Of a stretch of 64,000 nucleotides of DNA, positions 9,430-17,423 are shown one piece after another. Origin of the DNA: an uncultured delta proteobacterium (GTDB taxonomy: Bacteria > Bdellovibrionota > FAC87 > UBA2466); contig CAVZSV010000004.1 of the NCBI GenBank assembly GCA_963778115.1, forward strand, positions 1,088,001 to 1,152,000, written 5' to 3'. Below the pieces are notes generated by a model. The model had not been told where the DNA came from and ran no database searches. It saw only the letters and a program-made list of their open reading frames with translations. Position numbers and translations under genes: made by a program. Position 1 is the first letter of the stretch, and each line of letters starts with the position of its first letter.

Positions 9430-10347
9430 GTGGCTACGGTTAAGGAAGTTTTCTACAGCGTCCAGCCAGGGGATTCCCTGTCCCGGATTGCGGCTAAATC
9501 GGGAGGCACTCTTCTTCCCATCGATCGCAATCAGAGGTTGGCAAAACTGATTCAGCTGAACCCTCAAATTAAGCATCCGGATGTCATTTATCCAGGTGAA
9601 CTAATTAGGTTAGGCTCGGTCGATGGGCATCTTGACCCGACATCGAATTTTGATCTAGGGGAAGTTCGAAAGGTCTGGAAAAGCCTCAGTAAGGATACTA
9701 GAGAGATTATTCAGAAAAACTTTGATGTCCTCGAATGGATGGCTAGCCAGAAGGACCGGCTCGATTTCCTGGACAACGTTTCATGGCAGGGGAGACCTCT
9801 CTTAGAAGCAGTTCCCGAAATGAACTACGGGGTTATCCCCGCCGAGTATCGACGTTTCAGAATTGCACTTGAGGAACTCACCGCAATTCGTGGAAATACT
9901 ATTTCGATTTTGCAAAGTCTTCGCATTTCGGTGGTTCGGGAACCAGTGTTTATTCTGACTGCCACTTCGAATGGCCTCTATAAATATACCCAAACTCTTC
10001 TCAAGATGGTGGAGTGGGCAGAGAAGGCAAAACTGGGGAAGAAGTTGCTCTTCTTCGAAGTTGGATCTGAAGTTGTGAAGGTCGGGGCAACAGCCGCTAT
10101 AACTAAGAGTGGAATGGAGACTTCTAAACAAGCGGCTAGAGGGGTTATTAAAGTTGCATCGGGCTATGGCGCCGGATTACTGGCTAAGAGGGTTTGCTCA
10201 GTTACAGTAAGAAAGGGCCCTTCGGGCTGGCTAACCTGTGCGGCTGCCTTTGGGGTTGGAATTTGGGGCAGTCAGTACGCTGCTGGAAAGCTTAGTGATA
10301 TTTTGCTTGGAAAACCCATCGATGCCCAGCTGAGGGGAATGCCATGA
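9430..10347 (+). CDS. LysM-domain protein with hydrophobic C-terminus (putative pore-forming toxin), copy 2
   Basis: LysM YSVQPGDSLSRIA...LNPQIKHPDVIYPGELIRL; colinear homology to 4656-5591; C-terminus YGAGLLAKRVC-x13-CAAAFGVG. Confidence 0.7.
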   Translation: MATVKEVFYSVQPGDSLSRIAAKSGGTLLPIDRNQRLAKLIQLNPQIKHPDVIYPGELIRLGSVDGHLDPTSNFDLGEVRKVWKSLSKDTREIIQKNFDVLEWMASQKDRLDFLDNVSWQGRPLLEAVPEMNYGVIPAEYRRFRIALEELTAIRGNTISILQSLRISVVREPVFILTATSNGLYKYTQTLLKMVEWAEKAKLGKKLLFFEVGSEVVKVGATAAITKSGMETSKQAARGVIKVASGYGAGLLAKRVCSVTVRKGPSGWLTCAAAFGVGIWGSQYAAGKLSDILLGKPIDAQLRGMP

Positions 10348-10817
10348 ATCTATCGGTAAACAGAGAGGCATTTAAACTTGCCGCCATTCAGGCCGGTCTG
10401 ACGATTCTTTTCGTCGGGATTGCTTTTCTTGTAGAGAGGTGGACCGGCTTTGAAACGAGAAGTGTTGGCTCGATCTTGGCACTCGTGTTTGGGGGAATGC
10501 TCTACGCCGGTTTGTTTGAACGTCGCCATCCAGGAATCTTGGCCATCTATCTCAAGAGAGTCGCATGGCGTGCTACGCTTTTTCAATTTTTACTTCAATT
10601 GCCAGTTGCGTTTCTCGTCTATTTTCCGGGAATAGCTCGAACTCTAGTTTCTATCCTTTTGGCGAAGGAGTTCCATAACTCCGATATCACAATTTTGTTA
10701 GTTAGCTGCGCCATCTCGATTCTACTGATTCCGGTAGCGCTCTATTTGTTCACCAAGATGGGAATGCAAGTAGGAATTGAAGGTGGAAAGTCGCGCAACG
10801 GTGGCGGTAAGGCCTGA
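10344..10817 (+). CDS. Four-helix membrane protein (putative immunity protein 2)
   Basis: ATGA overlap with the LysM gene; ~4 hydrophobic segments; no visible similarity to 5593-6012. Confidence 0.6.
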   Translation: MNLSVNREAFKLAAIQAGLTILFVGIAFLVERWTGFETRSVGSILALVFGGMLYAGLFERRHPGILAIYLKRVAWRATLFQFLLQLPVAFLVYFPGIARTLVSILLAKEFHNSDITILLVSCAISILLIPVALYLFTKMGMQVGIEGGKSRNGGGKA

Positions 10818-10869
10818 ACGTTGCCTAAATGATCCGCTAAAAAGAGATTAGTTCGATTGTGCCGCGATT

Positions 10870-11238
10870 TTATAGAAATACGCGATAGTCCAAATTGAAA
10901 ATCTTCGAAAGACGCTTAGCGAGATTCTTACCCACGGACCTCTTTCCAGTTTCGATCTGCGAAATATTCGACTGAGGAATTTTGAGCTTCAATGCCAACT
11001 CTGCCTGCGTCAAACCAGCTCCTTCTCGCGCACTCTTGACCATATAAGCAGACTCTCCTCCCGCCGCCTTAATGCGATTCTTGGCCAAGTCTCGCCAAGG
11101 AACAGACTTATCTTCATATTCCTTCAAAGCTCCCACGATCGTCTTTAGCTTCGAAGAGGGCACCCCCCGAAACAAAAGAACCTTCCCCTCAACGTTAATC
11201 TGAACTTTAGTAGGGAGCTTTTTCGTGAGTACCGACAT
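10870..11238 (-). CDS. XRE/HTH antitoxin (HigA-like)
   Basis: VKSAREGAGLTQAELALKLKIPQSNISQIETGKRSVG, downstream of the toxin. Confidence 0.85.
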   Translation of the reverse strand: MSVLTKKLPTKVQINVEGKVLLFRGVPSSKLKTIVGALKEYEDKSVPWRDLAKNRIKAAGGESAYMVKSAREGAGLTQAELALKLKIPQSNISQIETGKRSVGKNLAKRLSKIFNLDYRVFL

Positions 11239-11493
11239 AGTAGACCTCTATTATTCTTATCTCTTTTTGATCACTTCCCAACAAGCCACGTAAGTCGGGC
11301 GTCCCTTCTTAATGTGGCAATGATACCTTTCGTCCTTGTGACTTCCCTTCAATCTTCCAAAATTGTCCCAATTAGCCCGGAGAGGGCCAGCAACTTCCAA
11401 TTCCTTGAAGAGAAGGTCGAACTTCTGCTGGATTGGCTCAGTTAGCTTTTCTAGTCGTTTTGCTGCTTTCTTGCTGATGCCAACTCTCCACAT
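11207..11493 (-). pseudogene. RelE/HigB-like toxin, frameshifted near the C-terminus
   Basis: YHCHIKKGRPTYVACWEVIKK then stop; the -1 frame continues EIRIIEVYYVGTHEKAPY*; the shift lies in a 5-A run (T 11264-11268 on +). Confidence 0.75.
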
Positions 11494-11503
11494 TTGCTTA
11501 TGT

Positions 11504-11539
11504 TATACCATTTTAAGGTATATATCAATATATGGTATA
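11504..11539. promoter_or_regulatory. Tandem palindromic operators upstream of the TA operon
   Basis: TATACC-N7-GGTATA (11504-11522) and TATATC-N7-GGTATA (11521-11539). Confidence 0.55.
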
Positions 11540-11792
11540 TCATTCAACGGAGCTAACAAAATTCGCTATCGAATACGGTTCCTTACACGTTAAATCAATG
11601 GATATTATTGAGGCTTGATGGCGGCTATTGGTTATCTTGGCCGTATCCGCTTCCGTATCCGTTTTGTACTCCGAATTTTCAATAGCAGCCATGAACAATC
11701 AAGGGTGAAAACTTGCTCTAAGTTTCTGTTTGTTTTGAATTATCGACTGATTTCATAAAGATAGAATTTTCGCTGAAAACCTATCTGTCAGA

Positions 11793-11837
11793 TTTGCAAG
11801 CTGGGAGTCGAGGGTTCGATCCCCTTCGCCTCCACCA
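11793..11837 (+). tRNA. 3' half of tRNA-Ala(TGC), displaced att fragment and not an intact gene
   Basis: TTTGCAA GCTGGGAGTC GAGGG TTCGATC CCCTT CGCCTCC ACCA; no acceptor/D-arm 5' half upstream. Confidence 0.85.
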
Positions 11838-11969
11838 AATATTTCAATTACTTAATTCTGTTTTTCGATCGTAGCAATATTCCATTTGGGATCATTTTGG
11901 GATCATTCCAAATTTTTTTGATCGAACTGAAGGTGCCCATTCTTCAATGCGGAAACTAGCGGGCTGGAC

Positions 11970-12767
11970 TTAGTCCGTCCCAAGGCTTAAATATTTGCAA
12001 CGATTTGTCAGCAGATGCGGTTCGTCCCAGGAGTAGACGATGGGCTTAGTGTTTTGATATTGAGCGCACTTCGGATCGTCTTTTACAGCTGGGGTCTGAG
12101 TTTCGCGGTAGGTCCAGTTATAATCCGTCTTCGGAACCTTATCTACTATGATGGTCGTGATAAGCTTGCATGGTCCCTGGGGTGAAGAGATATTTTTCCA
12201 GGTCGTGTCAGATTCCTTAGTTAGTCCCATCTGAAAAATCTCCGAATTTACCGTGCATGTCTCGGCATCGAATCGGATTAGTTCCTGTAGGGTTTTACCG
12301 AAAACGGAGGGCGACTTTGCCTTGCAAAGCTTTTGTTCTATTGCGGAGCGGGCTACGTAGAAATCGCGATTTCTGATCTTTTGCGCCCCCGCGAGTAACT
12401 TTTCGTCCGTCTCGTAGATCGGACAGAAATGCTGTTTTCCTCCGTTCAACTGTTCGGGTGTCATGTGTTCCGTATGTTGTTTCGCACCTACTAGCCGACT
12501 TTTCATCTCCTCGGTAGAGAGTTGCACTACGTACAATCGAACTGCATTACAAAAAACCGACTCCTTATCAAATTTCGTACACAGCATAGAAAGGGAGGAG
12601 TTTCCCTCCGAGTTCATTAGATCATTAAATGTGGGGACTATATCGTAAGTAACAGGCGGCGAGCCTGCCGGGGGCACAGGGGAAGTGGCCGGAGACTCGG
12701 CAAAGAGGGAGGCACAAAACAGAACTGAAAGCAGAAAGTATACATTTCTCATGGCCCTCTCCATCAA
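11970..12767 (-). CDS. Secreted Cys-rich hypothetical protein
   Basis: Signal peptide (YFLLSVLFCASLFA), multiple Cys; abuts the permease. Confidence 0.65.
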   Translation of the reverse strand: MMERAMRNVYFLLSVLFCASLFAESPATSPVPPAGSPPVTYDIVPTFNDLMNSEGNSSLSMLCTKFDKESVFCNAVRLYVVQLSTEEMKSRLVGAKQHTEHMTPEQLNGGKQHFCPIYETDEKLLAGAQKIRNRDFYVARSAIEQKLCKAKSPSVFGKTLQELIRFDAETCTVNSEIFQMGLTKESDTTWKNISSPQGPCKLITTIIVDKVPKTDYNWTYRETQTPAVKDDPKCAQYQNTKPIVYSWDEPHLLTNRCKYLSLGTD

Positions 12768-14026
12768 ATCGTAACGCTAAGGCCATCGGCCAACGCGTTA
12801 CGGAATGCCTTCCAAGCGGGGATCATGCCAATGAGAAAGCCACCCACGAGCATAACGCCCAAGTAAATAAGTTCGTTAGATCCCAGTAACGTGATGGGAA
12901 GATAAACGCCAAACTCTTTTTCGATGAGCGGCTGACTGAGCCACAGTACCCCGTATACTAACGCAGTACCCAATATCAGGCCCGTCAGAGTCAATACCCC
13001 TGATTCCAAGATCAAAAGCGTGACGATCTTTTTTGGTCCAGCCCCCAATGTGCGAAGAATCGCCATCTCTCTTCGTCTTTCGTTGAGGGAAGTATAAAGA
13101 GCAATGAGCATGCCTATGAAACCACTTAGCACCACAAAGAAAGAGACAAGGCGTAAACCACTCTCAGCGTAGCTCACCCCCTCCCAAAGATCTGCTAGTG
13201 CTACGCCCGGCATGATAGCTAAAAGAGGCTCTCCTTCGTACGTATCAATTTCTCGCTTCAAATATACCGCTCCGATCCTGCTCTTAGTCCTTAGGAGGAA
13301 GGCCGTGATCTGCTCGATCTTGAGGTCCTCTTTACGGATCTTCGAAGCCGGGATCTCCTGACCTGCTTGGGGCGGGGCTCCGGTTTTCCAATCGATATGG
13401 ACGGCTTCCATCCCTTCGAGCGTGATATAGAGAGAGCGGTCGATGGGAGTCCCCGTCCTACCCAAGATGCCAACGACGTGAAAAGGCTTATCAGCGTGAT
13501 CCATCCCGCCCCCGTCCATGGTTCCGTGATTTAAGACGACCTTTTGCCCCAACCCGTATCGCAGCCTACGAGCCACTTCCGATCCCAAGACCACATCGAA
13601 AATATCGCTCGCTATCTTTCCTTGTTCGAGCCGTAGACTACGATCCCTGCGAAAATGGTAGTGTGCATAGAAATCTTCATTGGTCGCCACCACTCTAAAC
13701 CCGCGATGACTATCCCCCAACGAATAAGGAATAACCCATTCCGTGGAAGGATGATTCTTGAAATGGAGGTAACTCTGGTAAGAAATGTTATTGGTCGCCT
13801 CTCCCATATGAAATACGGAATAGAGAAGCAGTTGAAGCGGGCCTGTACGCGCGCCAACGATAAGATCTGTCTGACTAATCGTGCTATTAAAACTATCGTG
13901 CGCCCCAGCCCTTATCTTTTCAACGCCCAATAGGAGAGCCACGCTCACGGTGATCGAGACCACGGTGAGAAATGTCGTAAATCGACGATTCTTCAAAGAC
14001 AAAAAAGCAAGTTTTGGTAAAGTCAT
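12764..14026 (-). CDS. ABC transporter permease (FtsX/MacB-type, ZrgC-like)
   Basis: TISQTDLIVGARTGPLQLLLYSVFH, SLGDSHRGFRVV, ERRREMAILRTLGA. Confidence 0.9.
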   Translation of the reverse strand: MTLPKLAFLSLKNRRFTTFLTVVSITVSVALLLGVEKIRAGAHDSFNSTISQTDLIVGARTGPLQLLLYSVFHMGEATNNISYQSYLHFKNHPSTEWVIPYSLGDSHRGFRVVATNEDFYAHYHFRRDRSLRLEQGKIASDIFDVVLGSEVARRLRYGLGQKVVLNHGTMDGGGMDHADKPFHVVGILGRTGTPIDRSLYITLEGMEAVHIDWKTGAPPQAGQEIPASKIRKEDLKIEQITAFLLRTKSRIGAVYLKREIDTYEGEPLLAIMPGVALADLWEGVSYAESGLRLVSFFVVLSGFIGMLIALYTSLNERRREMAILRTLGAGPKKIVTLLILESGVLTLTGLILGTALVYGVLWLSQPLIEKEFGVYLPITLLGSNELIYLGVMLVGGFLIGMIPAWKAFRNALADGLSVTI

Positions 14027-14739
14027 GCGGAGTTAACCTCCTTAAGAGAGACACATCGATCAAAGAGACTTTCCAGTTGTCGATCATGGCTGACAAATAC
14101 TACGGTCGCCCCACTCTTCTCACACTGTTCAAAGAGCATCTGCAAAAATTTCTCGCGGTGATCGTAGTCCAGCGCGGACGTTGGCTCATCGGCAATAATG
14201 ATCTCGGGCGAGCCCAATAAGGCTCTGGCGACCGCCACTCGCTGTTGTTGGCCTACGCTTAACTTAGTCACCTGCTTCTTTAAGACAGCATCTAGCCCCA
14301 GAGAGACAGCAAGTTCTCTTGCTTTTTCCTCCAGGGGAACTGTTATCTTCTTACGACGTTCTGGATTGAGCTCCGCCGACAGCATGATGTTTTGAATGAC
14401 ATTTAAATAGGGAATCAGGTTGAACATCTGAAACACGTAGCCCATATGAGTGCCGCGAAAACGATCTCTTTCAGATGAAGTCAGCGTCACCAAATCGGTA
14501 TTTAAAATTTCAATGGCCCCCCTTTGCGGAGTCAGAATTCCGGCGAGAAGACTCAGAAAGGTCGTTTTTCCACTCCCACTGGGTCCGAAAAGGAAAATAC
14601 GCTCCCCGGCATTGATGTTTAGAGACGCGATCTTTAGTACGGGTTGGTTCTTGGGGTACGAAAACTCGAGGTCTTGTATCCTAATTACCGTACGCTCGCT
14701 AGAAGCCACGGGCTTAGAATTTAAGAGTTTCTTCGGCAT
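14023..14739 (-). CDS. ABC transporter ATP-binding protein (ZrgB-like)
   Basis: GPSGSGKTT, LSVGQQQRV, IIIADEPTSALD, SHD. Confidence 0.95.
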   Translation of the reverse strand: MPKKLLNSKPVASSERTVIRIQDLEFSYPKNQPVLKIASLNINAGERIFLFGPSGSGKTTFLSLLAGILTPQRGAIEILNTDLVTLTSSERDRFRGTHMGYVFQMFNLIPYLNVIQNIMLSAELNPERRKKITVPLEEKARELAVSLGLDAVLKKQVTKLSVGQQQRVAVARALLGSPEIIIADEPTSALDYDHREKFLQMLFEQCEKSGATVVFVSHDRQLESLFDRCVSLKEVNSA

Positions 14740-15241
14740 GGCTCACCTTGTTTTCGGTTTGACTTGTCTGAGTGATAATTTGGACTGAAATTTGGTGCAC
14801 GCGCGGAAAGAGCTTCATGAGAAGCACGTGAAACGATGAGCCTTGTAGTTCCTTAGCGCAATGAAAGGAATAAGAGGCGTTAAGATCCGCGTGTCCGCTT
14901 TCGACAGCTCCCGGTTCAGCCGGTTCGAAATCTATTTTCGCGTCTGAAAATCCACATCCAAGTCCTGGATCGAACTGAACCACTGAGCTTACATTGTTTT
15001 TAAATTTATCAAATGCCCCATCTAAAGTTTTTTTCTCAGCAGAAGTTTTAGGATGGTGCTCAAAACCCAAGAAACTCTCCGCGGGCACGTCGATTGCGAC
15101 ACTTCCACTTTTTTCCGTCTCAAGCGCGATGGTGAGTTTCGCCATTCCATGAACATGCGCCTTATGGTTCTGAGTCCCGCAGACAGCCAGAGAAGAGAAT
15201 ACGGCCACTAAATAAATGATCATTTGCCTCGCTAATCTCAT
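14714..15241 (-). CDS. ZrgA-like (DUF2796) periplasmic zinc-binding protein
   Basis: Signal peptide, HKAHVHG, FLGFEHHP, HADLNASYSFHC. Confidence 0.85.
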   Translation of the reverse strand: MRLARQMIIYLVAVFSSLAVCGTQNHKAHVHGMAKLTIALETEKSGSVAIDVPAESFLGFEHHPKTSAEKKTLDGAFDKFKNNVSSVVQFDPGLGCGFSDAKIDFEPAEPGAVESGHADLNASYSFHCAKELQGSSFHVLLMKLFPRVHQISVQIITQTSQTENKVSHAEETLKF

Positions 15242-15283
15242 ACTGTTCTCCTTAAACTAGTAACCTATTGCCAAGAAACCTTT

Positions 15284-15817
15284 CTATTGCGTGAACGGAA
15301 ATTCCTTAACTTCCGTCGCTACCATTTTATATAAAGAATCGACTCGGTCTCCCTGAGAAAGAACCCCCGTCACCGTCACACGTTTCTTAAAAAGCGGCGG
15401 CGCCGTACGCCCCGGCGCCATATCAACCTCGATCATGCTATTCGGAGGTGGCAGAGGGACGTGAATACAGCCACCCGAGTAATGCGTAAGCAAGAACTGG
15501 CTCAGTTGGCCTGAGTCAAATTCGTTAGCAAGAATGTAGCCCGAGACCTCTATGGGCTTTCCAAATAGCTTTTGCGCATCGGCGCTAATATTTCGGGCCA
15601 CCAGACCAGTTTGGGAATCGCCTTTTAAACTGCTTCGTTCGAGCTTGTCCCAAATAAGAACGCTATCCGGTTCTTTCGCGGGGACCGTCGGCCATGCCGT
15701 AATCTGCGCAAAAAGCGAGAGAACAAGGACTCCCCAAACCCAGTTTCGACTAAAGTTTTTTAAGATGGAGTTCATATTCCTAATTTCGCCAATTCCACCA
15801 CTCGCTATTGGGATCAT
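15284..15817 (-). CDS. DUF3299 family protein (ZrgD-like)
   Basis: GKPIEVSGYI...FLL...GCIHVPLPPPN; true start probably MNSILK. Confidence 0.8.
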   Translation of the reverse strand: MIPIASGGIGEIRNMNSILKNFSRNWVWGVLVLSLFAQITAWPTVPAKEPDSVLIWDKLERSSLKGDSQTGLVARNISADAQKLFGKPIEVSGYILANEFDSGQLSQFLLTHYSGGCIHVPLPPPNSMIEVDMAPGRTAPPLFKKRVTVTGVLSQGDRVDSLYKMVATEVKEFPFTQ

Positions 15818-16415
15818 GGATTCTTTTAACGCTATCGCCTTGCATCTCGTAGGAGGCGGCGAAGAGTCCTCCTTTTACCTTGGTCACGGAAAGAGTCCCA
15901 TCCACAGTTATGGCGACATGAGCCACATCGATATTTACCCCTGGCTTCATCCGGACATGGACAATGTAATTCGGGGGCGGCGGAGGTACGTGAACGCACA
16001 TCAAGGCATTGGGAACGAGAAGAAACTCCGTGACCGAGGATTGCGAATCCTCAACTGGGACCATAAACCCCTTGAGACGGACTGTTTTTCCGAAAATTTG
16101 ATTGATTTCCCGAGGCACATCGCCGCGTTGGTAGTCGAGCTTTCCTAACGTCGTCCAGTCCAACGAAACTGGTGATTGTCCCTCGGATGCCACCACCCTT
16201 CCCAAAGCTCCTGGGGCGTAAGTGAGCAGAGGCAGCCAGAACAACAACGCGAATTTAACGTCGAGGCGCCGAATTTGAGAAGTCGTTCTAATGTCATCCC
16301 CCAAAAAAGAATAACGCGGTTGAAAATCCGAACTTGCGGAAATGCCAAAAACTTGCAACCTGTATGTCGTATGGGAGTGCAATCGGCTAGCCACCTCCCA
16401 GTCTGTTGTCTTCAT
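15780..16415 (-). CDS. DUF3299 family protein (ZrgD-like), second copy
   Basis: GKTVRLKGFMVP...EFLLVP...CVHVPPPPPNYIVHV; start uncertain, likely shorter. Confidence 0.8.
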   Translation of the reverse strand: MKTTDWEVASRLHSHTTYRLQVFGISASSDFQPRYSFLGDDIRTTSQIRRLDVKFALLFWLPLLTYAPGALGRVVASEGQSPVSLDWTTLGKLDYQRGDVPREINQIFGKTVRLKGFMVPVEDSQSSVTEFLLVPNALMCVHVPPPPPNYIVHVRMKPGVNIDVAHVAITVDGTLSVTKVKGGLFAASYEMQGDSVKRIHDPNSEWWNWRN

Positions 16416-16535
16416 CGGGAATACGGCGACAAAACAATACAGTTCGCGGCAACCGTCGCATCACGTCATTGGTAAGTCATTGGATATTAAAGCAAGTTGA
16501 GCTCAAACCCGGTCCCGTCAAAGATCAGACATCAT

Positions 16536-16628
16536 TGCAATTATTTTGCATTTAAATCAGATAAGGCCCCGTATTCTGGGTAGTTCACCAGCCTGGCGCG
16601 CTGGCCCAATGGTTGCAAATTATTTGCA
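16536..16628. promoter_or_regulatory. Two Zur/Fur-type boxes plus an overlapping sigma54 promoter
   Basis: TGCAA-N5-TTGCA at 16536-16550 and 16614-16628; TGGCCCAATGGTTGCA with GG(16603)-N10-GC(16615). Confidence 0.7.
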
Positions 16629-16644
16629 TTTAGGAGGATGCTAG

Positions 16645-17406
16645 GTGAACGCGACTCGATTTCCCATATTAATTGTCCTAGTGGCAATTCCTAGCTTAGG
16701 TTGCCAATTCGATACGAATGGCGTGCATGACGCGGCAGCCCAAGCTAAATACGATGCCTGGATTCAAAGCCAAAGCAGCGATGTGCAAAGGCGCGTCGTA
16801 GGTAAGGTCCTTACCGCCGCCGACAATACGGAATTCTGGAAAACGCCGCAAGTTCAGCAACCGCAACCTTCTCCCGCGGATTACCGCCGCGAAGTTGCTC
16901 CCCCCTCTGTCCCGTCCCGCGCGGATGCGGATGTTGTGCAATCTCCCCAGGAGTCGTCTTTGAAAGTTGAGCCGCCTTCTGAGCAGCTTGCCCCGCCTCC
17001 ACAGCAACCCACTCCGAAAGTGGTTCAGGCTGATGAAACTCGCTTTGAGGGAGGTGAGACTCCGCAGGAATTTCTCCGCAAAGTGGTTCAAAATTTGGAC
17101 CGCCCACGTTCGGGTGTTGTCGCTCAACCGCCTGAGGGAATGCCTCCGAAAGTGGTTCAGGGCTCGCCGCAATCATCTGAGGAGTCTCTACCGCCGGTGC
17201 AACCCGTTGAGAAAGTAGCTCAGAGTTCTAGCGAAACCTCTACCAAGTTGATTCCTTCATTTAAGACGACGGAAACGTTGCCATCGTCTAAACGAGAGAG
17301 CAGCGCCTGGGGATCGCCAAAGACGAGCAAGAATACTTCCGGGAAGTTGGTCAGCGTACGGACGAATGCTACTAGCAAGGACCGAAAAGATTTTAAATTT
17401 GAATGA
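16645..17406 (+). CDS. Pro/Gln/Ser-rich putative lipoprotein
   Basis: AGGAGG SD; lipobox-like PSLGC; low-complexity body with repeated PKVVQ. Confidence 0.6.
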   Translation: MNATRFPILIVLVAIPSLGCQFDTNGVHDAAAQAKYDAWIQSQSSDVQRRVVGKVLTAADNTEFWKTPQVQQPQPSPADYRREVAPPSVPSRADADVVQSPQESSLKVEPPSEQLAPPPQQPTPKVVQADETRFEGGETPQEFLRKVVQNLDRPRSGVVAQPPEGMPPKVVQGSPQSSEESLPPVQPVEKVAQSSSETSTKLIPSFKTTETLPSSKRESSAWGSPKTSKNTSGKLVSVRTNATSKDRKDFKFE

Positions 17407-17423
17407 TGAGAGGTCGAGAGACG

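Larger units (their letters stand above)
8189..11809. mobile_element. Integrase-less mini-island (element 2) bounded by tRNA-Ala cores
   Basis: Direct att cores at both ends; paired GTATCC repeats with 12-bp period at 8292/8304 and 11643/11655. Confidence 0.65.

Noticed and set aside
4656..10347. Prophage tail/lysis interpretation of the LysM genes
   Set aside because: No capsid, terminase, tail or hydrolase catalytic motifs are visible
11760..11837. Intact tRNA-Ala gene
   Set aside because: No 5' acceptor strand or D-arm upstream of the anticodon loop; only the 3' half is present
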